Shown in pieces: positions 11,800 to 24,500 of a DNA stretch of 44,124 nt (positions are counted from its first letter, which is position 1; each line of letters starts with the position of its first letter). The notes under the pieces are model-generated. The model was not told the origin of the DNA. It did no database searches and worked only from the letters and a program-made list of their open reading frames with translations. Source of the DNA: Trichoplax sp. H2 (taxonomy: Eukaryota); contig NOWV01000229.1 in NCBI GenBank assembly GCA_003344405.1, positions 62,001-106,124 of the forward strand. Direction: 5' to 3'. A program made the position numbers and the translations under genes.

Positions 11800-14100
11800 T
11801 TAATTAAATTGATTATCTTGTCAAATGGAATGTGCGTATTGGAACTTACTAAATAAACACTTGTATATCGCCCCTTATATTGTTAGTAAATTGGAATATT
11901 GGAATCTTCTTCTATTTCTAGGCCTTACAATGTCACAGCTATCACAATAGAGTAACCTGCCTACATAAATCCAAGCATAAATTTACGCCTATTATGATCA
12001 AAGTGCTTAGTGAAGCATGAGTTTTCTTCTCAAACACCCTGTGCATTCTAAAAAATTATTTTTTGAACGTCATTCTTATTGCTTATTTTATTTCAAAGAT
12101 AAGGAAATACATCTGACCTTTGTACGGTAAAATAAGGATAATATTAATATTATAATTTTTGTAGTTCTTCCATACTACCTTTGAAATTTATATAAGGAAT
12201 ATCGATAGCAACTTTATTTACGCATACTACTATTGTATGTGTTAGATGTTACTTGATAGACGGGGAAAAATATTGATTACGCTTACGACTATACGTATAC
12301 ATTTAGTTAGATGAGTAACTTATTTACTTTCTGAATGTTTTCATGCTTTGTCTAGCCTTCATTTTGTAAAGTATTTGTGATTTAGATGCTATTTCGGCAT
12401 TAATAACTCTTGATGAGTTCGGAATTGAAAATATACTGTACTGTGATTGGCAAATGAACTTAAGACTAATAATATCGTAAAAAAATTCTGTAAAGCAAGT
12501 TATATTGGAATTTACGAGTATATTACAATCTTACTCAAAATATTTAAAATTAAGAAACATAATACAACACCTGCCGTATGAATACGACAAAAATTTTTTC
12601 TTCATCGGTAAGGTATGAGTAGCTTAAATTTCATGATATAAATTACATTCCATTGTAATCTTCCTGTAAAACATTGAATAATTAGTTTCATTTGCTGTAA
12701 GCCTTCCCAGGATGAATGCAGTGAAGACTGTTGAGAATATTTTTCAGAGCTTTTATCGAATCCATGCTAGCTATAAAAGAAAGGAAAAATTGCATCCTGT
12801 TTATTACAGCACGGTCATGTCAATGAATAAATTGTTTACCAAGTGAATATTTTTTTATTTTATCTAATGTTTTCCCTCTCCCTTGCTTCTATATTCATTG
12901 TTTAAGAGAATAGGTAGAGAATTTAAAGATGTTAGATTATGAATGAATTCGGTATTTAGTAAATACTCCTATACTACAGGGGTATAAAATATAATCAATC
13001 AAGTTCAATTACGTACGGATTATACTATAACTATACGCTTAGATGTTACTTCTAAATTCGTACTCTCCATTTTGTGATAACTGTAATTTGTAAGTAACAC
13101 CTTTACTGACGAAGTAATGTTGCTAAAACAAAATATCATGATAAGAATTCATGCCTGTCTAGCACAATGAATGAGAAGCTGTATTTTCTTCCGGAAGATC
13201 GTCAATCTAACGGTTACATGAATATAAATCTGTATATGTTCGATTTTTACGCAGCAGATTGCATATGTGATCAATTCTACGAATTATATTCCACGCATGA
13301 AAATATACCAATAAAATATACCGAAATTTGTAGTTTATTCGCCACAAGTACTGTGATAGCGTCACGAAACGACATGCAATAAATTTGTTGGGCTATTAAA
13401 GAAATTGTTCTATAATAGCCGGCTAGTTAAAGAGTTGCTACTTCGATACTTGTTCGATACTTGAATATCTATCGGTTAGTAAGTACACTGGCTCATCTCG
13501 ATGAACCATTATATTATATCTTAGATGGTAGTCGGTATTAATGATATATAACCATTTTTAACGCAACATAAATTGTACCATTGAGAAATACAGCTCCAAT
13601 TATCCTCAATTTTCTAATTCTATTGAAGAGTTTGTCTTGTTATACAGCACATTAAATTTACACTGTAGGTTTTCGAAAAAATAATAATAAAGTGTAATAA
13701 TATTGTAATTATAGAAAATAGAATAGTAATTTGACTAATGTCTGTATTAGCGCAAATACGCTGGTTTAGCCATGGGCTACTATAAGAACATCAGTTTTCA
13801 TTTAGTGGCCTATGGTTTAGCCTTGTTTAGTCAAATACTAATTTTTTGTTCATTATATTGGGCATTAATACAGTACTATCTTACTATTAGATAGTATTAC
13901 CAAAATTAGTGGTTATTTACCGTACGCAAAGAAATAATAATTTACTGTCCGTTGGAATCACTGTAATTATGACTAACTTATGGTTGAATACATGTTAACT
14001 CGTAACTGCTCCGTATTTGGACATAGTGTCATAAGTAAGATGGTAGTACTAGACCTGAATGGACTAATAATGTCAAGGATACATTAAATGTTAAGATAGT
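11800..14100 (-). pseudogene. Decayed LRR gene, relic 3
   Basis: IPTDSKLLFL (13929-13958); SNSLTSRLL*NNFFNSPTNLLHV (13371-13439); FIHNLTSLNSLPILLNN (12897-12947); SSWEGLQQMKLII (12677-12715); NKVAIDIPYINFKGSMEELQKL (12153-12218). A weak ECL2-like SVYLVSSNTHIPFD lies at 11820-11861. Confidence 0.65.
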
Positions 14101-14226
14101 TGTGTGCTTTTAGGAAGGAGTTAAGATGGTAGCCTGAGAGCGAATTGTGTATAGCTTATGTGCTCTAGGATTACTACTGTATTATTCAACAATAATTTTT
14201 AGTAAAAAAACTCTTTTTAATCGCTA

Positions 14227-14427
14227 CCCAGGAAATTTCGTAACTTTGCCCTCTCTTCAATGTTAAATCAAAAATTTAATCGACATTTCACTGGTAGAAC
14301 GACATAATTCCACATGAATGAATGTTTGTTGTGGCTTACGTGGAATTATGTCATTCTACCAGTAAAATATCGATCAAATTTTTGATTTAGAATCGAATAA
14401 AGAGTCAAAATTATGAAATTTCCTGGG
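14227..14427. mobile_element. Palindromic MITE (201 bp, about 87-bp inverted arms, TA flanks)
   Basis: CCCAGGAAATTTC..GACATAATTCCAC (14227-14313) is the near-perfect reverse complement of GTGGAATTATGTC..GAAATTTCCTGGG (14340-14427), with a 26-nt spacer. TA at 14225-14226 and 14428-14429 fits a Tc1/mariner-type target duplication. Confidence 0.8.
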
Positions 14428-14449
14428 TAGCTATTGCTTCAATCTAAAT

Positions 14450-15180
14450 ATAGCAAAGATAATTATGAGTCGCTTTATAGTCTTTAACAGTATTTAAAAC
14501 TGGGAGGCAATTAATTAATAAGAGATCAATATAATATTAATACTATCTACTAATGTTATCGGATACCATAATTTTAGTACTAGTAATATAATATGGCCTA
14601 TTTTTTAGCAATATAAGGCGAACAAAAGAAATTATTTATTAAATTTGAATAACTATAATTACAGTTAAATAATATATAAAATTAGCAACTTTACGGGCTT
14701 AATCCTTTAGTAAACGACATAAATACCAAGCGGAAGGCTTAAAGAGCGTTAAAGTTGACATAATTAATACTTGTTTTCAATGTAATATAACGTAAAACAT
14801 TTCTGAATTGACTTTTGTTATTTAGTTTTAGCATTATAATGCAAACTATACTTAACAATTTATTTGACTTAATAACAAGCTTTATGAGATCTATTTTGAT
14901 CTAATGATAGCGATTCAGTGCACTATGCCTATCATTCAAATTTGATATAGTGTCGCTATAGCTAAAACGTTTTGTAAATTAACATCAATCAGATAGGATT
15001 TGATCTAGTGAAACACTGCCATTTTGGTGAGTTCAGTACTCTCCATCAAGCAGTTTTTAATAAATCTGTACTTTTCGAATTAGCATAATATCAGCCTTGA
15101 ATGAATACAGATTTACTTACTTAAATCTACAAAATGTTACAAGATGTGAAATAAATATCGTGAAAAGCAATAAGACCCGA
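14450..15180 (-). pseudogene. Decayed LRR gene fragment, relic 4
   Basis: Signal-peptide-like LLLFTIFISHLVTFC (15129-15173); TESLSLDQNR (14890-14919); ITKVNSEMFYVILH*KQVLI (14762-14821); LSLPLGIY (14719-14742). Confidence 0.5.
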
Positions 15181-15514
15181 TGTGCTACTTAGCACAAAAC
15201 GATAAGAATATACTAGCAAGGATACGGTTCATCAATTAATCGCATTTCTGGTAAGTAGTCATCTATTTGCTTACGCTATTCACCACTTACCCTTTGGCCA
15301 TTAAAACGCAGAATAAACTAGTGTAGTCAGAAAGCTTTACATGACTGTACTTATTCTATGCTTACAATCTTAGGGCTTGCACTGTAATATAAGTGAAAAC
15401 ATATAGCATAGTAGGCATAGAATATAAGATCAATGTTAAAATCATAAATGATATCTCCTAGTGAGACCCAGCGTTCTTGTCTATCTTCGGTGATAATAAC
15501 CGCTATATGAGATA

Positions 15515-18500
15515 TCATTCTTTATGTACCAGAAACTGGGCTGAAAGTATGAAATTGGCCACTTCTCCAACCACTATAGTAAATGGTATTATTTGCAACA
15601 AAATAATACAATTGTTGATATTTAGCAACTTTTAGAGATTCTACTTACTCCAAGTCCTCGAGGATAAAGCCACTATGATAAATGATAATGTAAATTACAC
15701 GTCAGCTTAAGCTAATGGCATTTAGTAATGCTTAAAAAAATATTAGATTATTATTATCAGTGAATGCAAATAATATTGATACATGGCAATAAGAAAAATT
15801 AATCATAAACAATGAAATAAGGCCAAATTTTAATATATTAGCTTTCATATAAGCACAATATTCATGTAAAGAGCCTATAAATAATTCATTTTAACTGCAA
15901 ATATACCTGAGCATTCTGAGTGATCTTCATTAGTATTAGGAATAGAAGACATTGGTATAGTAGATAATGGCTTTACTCGAACGTTACGAATGGTCTATTG
16001 GTGTTTTCAATAAAATATAAAAATGAGTTTTGAAGACAATTGCCTTTCTATTTCAGTAGATATAGTAACATACATATGTATATAGGAAAGTTTACTAAAC
16101 ACGACTCTCCTGTAGAGCTTCATAGCCGTGTTTAGTAAATTTTGTATAAATTTTGATAAACTATAAACCTTAAGCACAGTTAGAATTAAAATTAATTTAT
16201 GTTTACAGTACGACTCAGTGTACTTAAAATAGTGTTTTTTAACCTGGAAAACACATACAAAAAATTTATTTTAATATAGCCGGTGTAAATATTATCTCTG
16301 ATCGCTAAAATACTATTGCAAGGATGTTAGTTGAGTATAAACAATGACGTAAATTATGTGGCTAAATGTAGCTTACCAGAAGACCTTGGATAAGTGGTTG
16401 AGATATTAATCTAGGTATCCGCGCTTGAGGTTGTAGTTGTTGCTGCTTTCCACCAATAGCATTTATAAATTCTTGCCTAACCTATACATAGAATCGGTAG
16501 TGTAAAAATTGTCTCAAATTGTTAAGTAAGCAAATGATCATTATTTCTGAAATAAAATAATGCTTGATTAATTTTACATCGATAACTGTATCCAAATTTT
16601 AACGAATTAAGACTATCATATTGCTATCCTATACATTTCTTATTAAGTATTTTATTTCTTGCGTTAGTAGAGCATTATACCTCCTTATCGCCGATACAAT
16701 GAAATAGGAAGATTAGCAATCCCTGTAAGATACCGCAATAGTTACATTAATCCAGAGAAAAAGGGGTATATATATATATACCTTTACAATTATTCAGTAG
16801 TGTGCAAATTAATTAAAGAATACTATACTCTCATAAATGTATATCACTCAGAGTATTGTCATGATACAAACTACTGTGAAGAATTAAATGACTAAATTTA
16901 GCGAATTAACATTTATATATGATACCTACACTTAGTTGCTTGCACAATGAATCATTGATGTTATAATGCGTTACAGTAAATAATATGTTGTACTGTAATC
17001 CAATTCTCATATAGTAATTGATTATGATACAAGCTCTTGTAACAATAATTATGACTATTACTGGATACAAATGTATTAAAATGACTTTGTAAATGGACAT
17101 AATATAATCCGATTATGTAAAATCAGTCAGTAAATGTCCATATTGATAATTATAGTTTGAGATGATGCATCAGTGTTAGCCTCTACCGAAAGATATTCAA
17201 GCTGAGCAGACTACTGAGTAAAATCAGTTCTCTAGCTATGTAACTTAGAAGCAAATGCCTTGAAGTTCTTATGAATAGTTAAAGGATATTGAATCCGGAA
17301 CAATTTAGAAATTTAGAGATATATTTTTATGTAAACCTTGTCGCAAGGCTGGTTTGTGACAGTAGATATGCTAAGAAATATTTAAATAGATTCTACGATA
17401 TGTAATGGATTCTGCTTTATACAATGATATGATTTAATAAATGTGCAAACCTGCAGCGAATTAAATGTGACAAATATATAGGAGAAAATGGTTGTATCTT
17501 CAATATAAATTAATCCAAACAGCCACGTGGATCCAAATAGTGGCATTAAAATAATTGAAGCTTTTACTGTAGCCCTTTATAACAAATTCGTAAGATTTAC
17601 AGATTAAGAAATCGATTACTGCAATACTATCTTTAGCTAATACAAAATTTTTAAGAATGACCAGGATATAAACTAATATATTTCATAAAAGCTATAATAT
17701 CTGAAGTTGTTACAGAGAAAATCTTATCAGCTAATATCGTAACTTACTTAATTTTTGCAAACTCAGATTTACAAGCCATGGCTTTTATTGAGATTAAAGA
17801 TTTGATAACCAGAATATGAGTTATGAAATTAAACTAAAAGTAGATGTAAATGAATAAGTTACAGTAGTAAATTAATCTTCTTGATCTAAATACAATTTTT
17901 AGTATTAATGCTATAAATTATATAAATTAGTTGTTAACATGTCAATAGGTTCGCAAAAATGAAAGTATTTGAAAGTATTAGCAGCAATTGACTTTTGTGC
18001 TTTATTTTCTTACACATATAATAGCAATTGCAGGACCAACAAACGACCATACTAATCCTTGTTTCATTGTAATCCAGCAGCTACAAGACATAAAATATCA
18101 GAATACATCATTACTAAAACTTATTCCATTGTAGGCTGCTATTACAGTAATGATATAGCAAGTAGATCATCACTTTTATAATTAGTAATAACAATACGTA
18201 TTAATCTTAGAAATTTACTGATGCAACTTACATATGGTATGGTTCAAAATAAATATCAAATTTGACCAATACTGTTACCATAACAATTATAACCGGTGCA
18301 CCTGGATTACATGATATGGATTAAATTTAAATTTTTAATGTTCGTAATAAGAAATTTATTGAATTGATCGTTAATTTTATAATCTTATATTTTTAGATTT
18401 GTATGGTGTACTTTATAAGTAATTACTCATTCAGACAAAAATATCTTAGAATCTGACTTACCCCATCCGAGTAGAAGATAAAGACCACGTTGTCTCTTCT

Positions 18501-21500
18501 TATAGAATACTTTGACAACTTTACGATAAATATAAATGGATTCGACCCACATCCATGTAAAAGTTGCCAAACATGAATAATGCAAAACAAGCCGAACTAA
18601 ACTGCAAATAATCTGGAAACAGAGTAATTAATATTTTCATTATTAGCGAAAATAAAGGTATAGGGCGGTAGTTAAAGTGAAGGAAAACTTTTAAATGTAT
18701 TAAAATTAGAGGGGGTATAATTAATACTTGCCTGACTATCAGTCCTTTCAATTCCAACCAGAAATACGGCATTATTACAAATCATAGCCACGCATAAATT
18801 AGCGTGAATCCAGTTTTTAACAGATCGCAAAGCCCTAGATATAAATAGTCAATAGGCTTACTAACAGTTTCAATCAAATAATCAATCAATCAACTCATAA
18901 TTCAGAATAAAACTTTCTTATGGCCATGAATTGATACCAACATACCTGATTAATTTGTCTAATTATAAAGTTTGCATTACCTTACACAAACGAACATTAA
19001 TAATGTTGCGCACAGAGCAGCAAGAGAAATAGACAAGCCAAGTGAGGTGATTGTGGATAAAATATGGTCATTCACACTTGTACTACTCTAAATTAGGTAA
19101 GAAAAATATTTAAATATGTTATTAAGGCAGAATAAAATTTTAAAGTCATTAATCTGTGAAAATTATACTATTAGAGTAGATGTAAAAGAATTAGCAAGGA
19201 ATAGTACTAAATTTAGACTGCTAATATTAACTTGCTATAATAAAGGTTAAATTTTAGAATTCTCCTCGAAAATTTTGTAATGTAATTATTCTTAGCTTAG
19301 TTTTGTATCGCGATAAGTATTCTAGCTTAAAAAATATCACTTATTTGATTGATTATAACAGTAGATTTTACTTAGTTTCTTAGTATATTGTAAACCCGAC
19401 AGTTTTATTTGGGTTAGAATTTAAAATAATTAGTAGCATAATTTTTGCTACAAATGAAATATTGTGAGATTGTAATTCGAACGTTGTAATAGAATATATA
19501 TGTAGCTAGTTTTGATCCTTAATTACAGTAGAAGGTTAATATCACTTTATAATTTCATACTGAATGAACTCGAATGTTCGATGTAGGTTCCAATTTAAGA
19601 TTGTTCTTCCGCCTTAGTGTATGCTGTAGAAATCTACAATTTCAAGCTAAACTACGATTATGTCAATTTAGTAATTTCTAGAATCTAGGGTATCATTTAT
19701 CTTTAATGTGTGTTTGGTTGCTAGTTTAATTTGGAGTACTTTAGGATAATAGTTGGATAGTTTAATACCTCAACTGCTCTGCGTAGCATATAAATGTAGC
19801 GTAATTCGATAGTTTAGTACAGTCGAAGATAGAGAAGAATAAGATAAGTCTTCGATAATCGTGAATTATCTCATTAATCGATAATTTGGTTGCTTGAGGC
19901 AAGAGTTCTGCCGTTATTTTGTTACTCATTTAAAAATTTTTGCAAAGATTGTTGCTAAATTTCCGATAAACTGGTGTTTTCCCCCTAATTTACTTTGTTT
20001 TGGACTTCAATTGTTGGTGGTTTAATTTAACTTAGCTTTTCGTCCAATATTACTTTCTAAAATTGCGAATTATTTTTAATTTCAAAACTGCCGCAACATT
20101 ATGCTCAAGCTCTAGTACAATAGTCTTGCTCGAAATTTAATCTTAGTAGTAAGTTACACAAATTTCATAAGTCATATATAAAATTCTTAAATTTCATCTA
20201 GACAACAAAAGATTTAGCTAAAACATATAATCTCTAGTAAACTTACATTTGTTATATTAGTAACTCGAAAGAGAACTCCAAAACTGGTTAAATGGTATGT
20301 TTCACATACGATGTGAGTTCTATTTGAGCGATTTGTTACTACTCCTTCAGTAGACCACCTTGCTTCCTCTCCCGAAGTATCATTACTGTGAGATAATAAG
20401 ATCACCGTAAATAAGTATCTAAAGATTCAGCATAATTCTTCTCAAATCAATCATTGTAAAGCAAGACTTTCTAAGTTGACGTATGTTAGAAATTTAGATT
20501 TTTTAATCAGCTTATAGACTGTATAATTTCTATAATACTTACTTCAACATCCAATATGCACAAATTAAATCTGCGTCGTGATTATCATTCAACTGAAATA
20601 TAGAAAAGATAAATTACACAAATTTTTCAATTGATATCTTTTAGTAATCTTATTCAACCATTAGATATTTCCTTCATATCACAGATTATATTAGTTAAGG
20701 CAAACAAATCTTAGTTGGAAACTATAAAATAGTATGGAGACTATGACCTTACTTTAAATTTATAGCTGCTTAAAGTAATAAGGCTATCAATTAATGCATA
20801 ATTAAAAGCTGTCGATCTTGAGAATGTATAACAAATATAGATGCAAGAAATTATTACTGTTATAGGGTTCGCACCACGCTGTTACCTGGCCAGTAAAATC
20901 AAAAATAATTTCTATAGGCTTCAAAAAGTTAATTTCTCCAATGATATTTGACGATAATAAGAGACCATCTTTGATGTAGTATGTATATTTGGACACTGTG
21001 CTATCATTTATTGACAATGGTCCTCTAATTTTTAAAACATCAGATGAATTATTCATGACAGTGACTTCTAGTAGACTGGAAATATTCAAAAATTTATTCT
21101 CTCCAACTTTCTATGATAGTCAACAAATTAACTTGCCTTGTTTCCAAGTCACTGTCACTAAGCTTGGTCAATCGAACAATTGTAGCAATATATCCTAAAA
21201 AAAATGATTACAGTGGTATCAGCAATTATTGTTATCGAGTTTTTTAATATAGCAAAATGGTACTGTTGCAAATCTTTCAGATTTTATCCTAATTTTTAAT
21301 TTTTGACCAATACATGACGCTAATATTAAGCTAATTAACTCTGCATACCGGAATGAACAAGTGTACATTACCAGTAGTACGGTTATATGGTAGTTTAGCA
21401 ATCAGAGCTATTATGCAGTATATACTTATTAGTTAGGCTCGAATGAATTGTCTCAGCTATGTTTCCATACTTAAAACAATATATTTTAGCACATTACAAA

Positions 21501-24500
21501 CCATTATAATCTGCTTTTACAATTTCTTTGGGTATGATGAATGAGACTTCAGACTCTTGCAATTTGGATAAAGAAAGATTGAAATGCAATCCTGGCATAT
21601 TACTAGAATGAATACATCGTATCCAAACCACTGTAAATGATAAAAATTAAGAAAAAAGTAACAAAAATGATAGCATTACTGGGTGTAATCTTGAATACTT
21701 GATATATCAAAATCTCGAAAAGCTAACATTGTAATAAAGTCCCAATTGGCTAATTAGGTTAAGCAAATGTTTGAAAAATATAATTGAGAATACATGATCT
21801 GAGATTATTTATTACATGTTGTGAAATATGATAGTTATTGATCAATTCTTTCTCCTTAATTAATTTAATTAATAAAATGTTGTATCTATCTAACTTTCAG
21901 ACTATGAGTACCAATAGGTGTTGAGCTATTAAGCAATTCAAACATTGTAAGAAAAATTTTAATCAATATCGTACCCCACAATAAATGATAAAAGTTAAGA
22001 TACGCATGGATAGTGGTTTAATTAGCAATCACCAGCTTGTTAATTATATTTTCTTCGCATTGCAATACTCATAATAGACTTAAATCATATGCGTAACTCT
22101 CTTTACCTATTAAATATTGGATATTGACTACAGAAATGGATTACGTTAACAGCTAATAGCTTAATTTGAAAATGATTGTGAACTTACTGGAGATATTTGT
22201 AGAAAGGGATGCGATACTGGAACGATTGTTTGCCAATGATATCTCAGCTATTTCCAAATCTGATTTTTCAATTTTGGAAATGATTCTGTTCATTTTCTAT
22301 TTTAAAAATTATTTTATAAATGCCGAAAATTTAATATAATTTTATAATTTAGAAGTTTATTTCGAAATATAGCCAAATATTGATTACTTTCCTCCTAAAG
22401 TTAGCAATAAGTTCACGATTATTTACCAAGCTATCAAATAAAAATATCTTTAAACTGACTCACCAATTTTTGTTTCTTATTAGAGGAACTCTCTTCTATT
22501 ACTTGACTAATGCCTTCATCTCTAGCTTTGCATATCTGCAATTCATTTCGATTTATTTAAGGTTACTCTTAAATTGGGGTAAGTGCAAAATTTTGTATGG
22601 TAATTATCTTATATCATGCTATTAATCGTGCCAATCACTAATTTATTTCGCAACGATATTCACATTTGTACAGTAATTTTACCTCCATAACATCTATTGT
22701 CACAACAGTAGATCCATTAATTGAATTACCTAAAAAAAAGTCAATATAAGCTGAGAGAGATTATAAAAAAATCAATTATTTCATTCTAAATTTTATATCA
22801 CGTTCTATTGACCATCAATATTTAGTAATCGAAGATAATATATTAATTCGTCCGAAATTTATGACAACGTTATTTTATACTGTATTCTATTCAACTGAGG
22901 TAAAAGAGCATGAATAATTTCGTTACTAAGTATTTTGATGTGAGGCTTTCTAACTGGAAGTACATATCTCACGATTTTCAACGAATATGATTCCGCTCTA
23001 GCTAGATATGCTTACTCAACATGCTATCATTTACGTTTTGTACATACATAAGTAACCCGAAGTGCAGTATACACGAACCAACTAGCAGTATTTAAGCAAG
23101 TAACTAAAAGGACTTTTTTAATAAATAATAAAGTTAAAGTAATTATGTTACAATACGTATATTAGAGTAGCAGCAAATAAAATATGATTTATGGCTATAT
23201 TTGGAACAATGCATTAAAACTTCGCTAAATATATTTATCGAATATATCTCTAGTTCAAGTCCAGATATATATTCAGTTTTAAGCGTCATGAATTCAAAAA
23301 TTAATTTAACTTAGAAAATTACAGCAAACTCGGATCGCATTATTAATAAGTAAAATTTCAACTATAAAATTAAAGATTGCTTGCGATTACAGATCTATGC
23401 TAATTGAAGTAGGATACGAGTTCAAAACTAAAACATAAGAAAACGTAATAGCTTATTCGTTAGATGCCTAAATCATATAATAATTATGTAACAGAACATT
23501 TCATACAACGTTTATCGTTTGCTTTACGTTTTTGGCATTGCCAAGTATTTTAATTAATTTGTAGAACGAAAAAGACTCGCTACGAATTAATGCTAATTAA
23601 TCTATATTGCAATCTACTTCTGGAGATTTTGCCGTTACTTCAATTGTAGGAATACTTTTATACATTACTCTTGATATTACATAATATGAGAGCTTCAAGA
23701 TTATAGTTGAAGTAATGATGGAAATAATGCTTAGAAGGGTTTGTGACAAACGATTACGAAAACACCTACAGCATTTGCTTTCAGTTATCGAACTTGAACT
23801 GTACGGTAGCGTGGTCGGATTTTCTGAAAATATTTTAAAAAATTCTTAGATACAGATATGCAAGAAAAATGAGTACTTATATTATGAAGTAGGCTAGATC
23901 ACGAATGATTATAATATAGATGCGTATAACATAATCACCTTCAAATGCCATATTTGTTGTATTGCTGATGGATAAGAATGTGGATAAAGATAACGATGTA
24001 TACTCATAGTACGCGTTAACGCAACTTTTGATGGAAAGGTGGCTTTCATAGTCTCCAAAACTAACAGTAGAAATCTCTGGTAAACTGCTACTACTACTTT
24101 CGCTACTATTAGTACTACTACTAGCTATTATTGTAGAAGCTGTCACGCTCGATTCTTTGGTTGCATATTCCAGAATGGAATTATCGCTAATAGTATATCC
24201 TGGAACAAGGCTAGAACTTTTAGATAAAGATTCTTCTAAATTAATCGTATCTAACCTACTGGTAGAATGAATTAGGTTAACATAACTTGTGCTACCATTT
24301 GTTAACGAAGCTTGATACGATTCTATTAAAGTATCCTCTACTCTGCTTTCTGAATATCTGGAATCATCAGCACTAAAGGTCATTGGTCCATGTAGGATAT
24401 ACGTTGTTTGAGTTGTATCAAATATGATTATTGGTAATTGATAAAGATCGCTTGGACTGGCTACTGCCAATATACTACTGCTTAAAGAGTACCCTGACTG

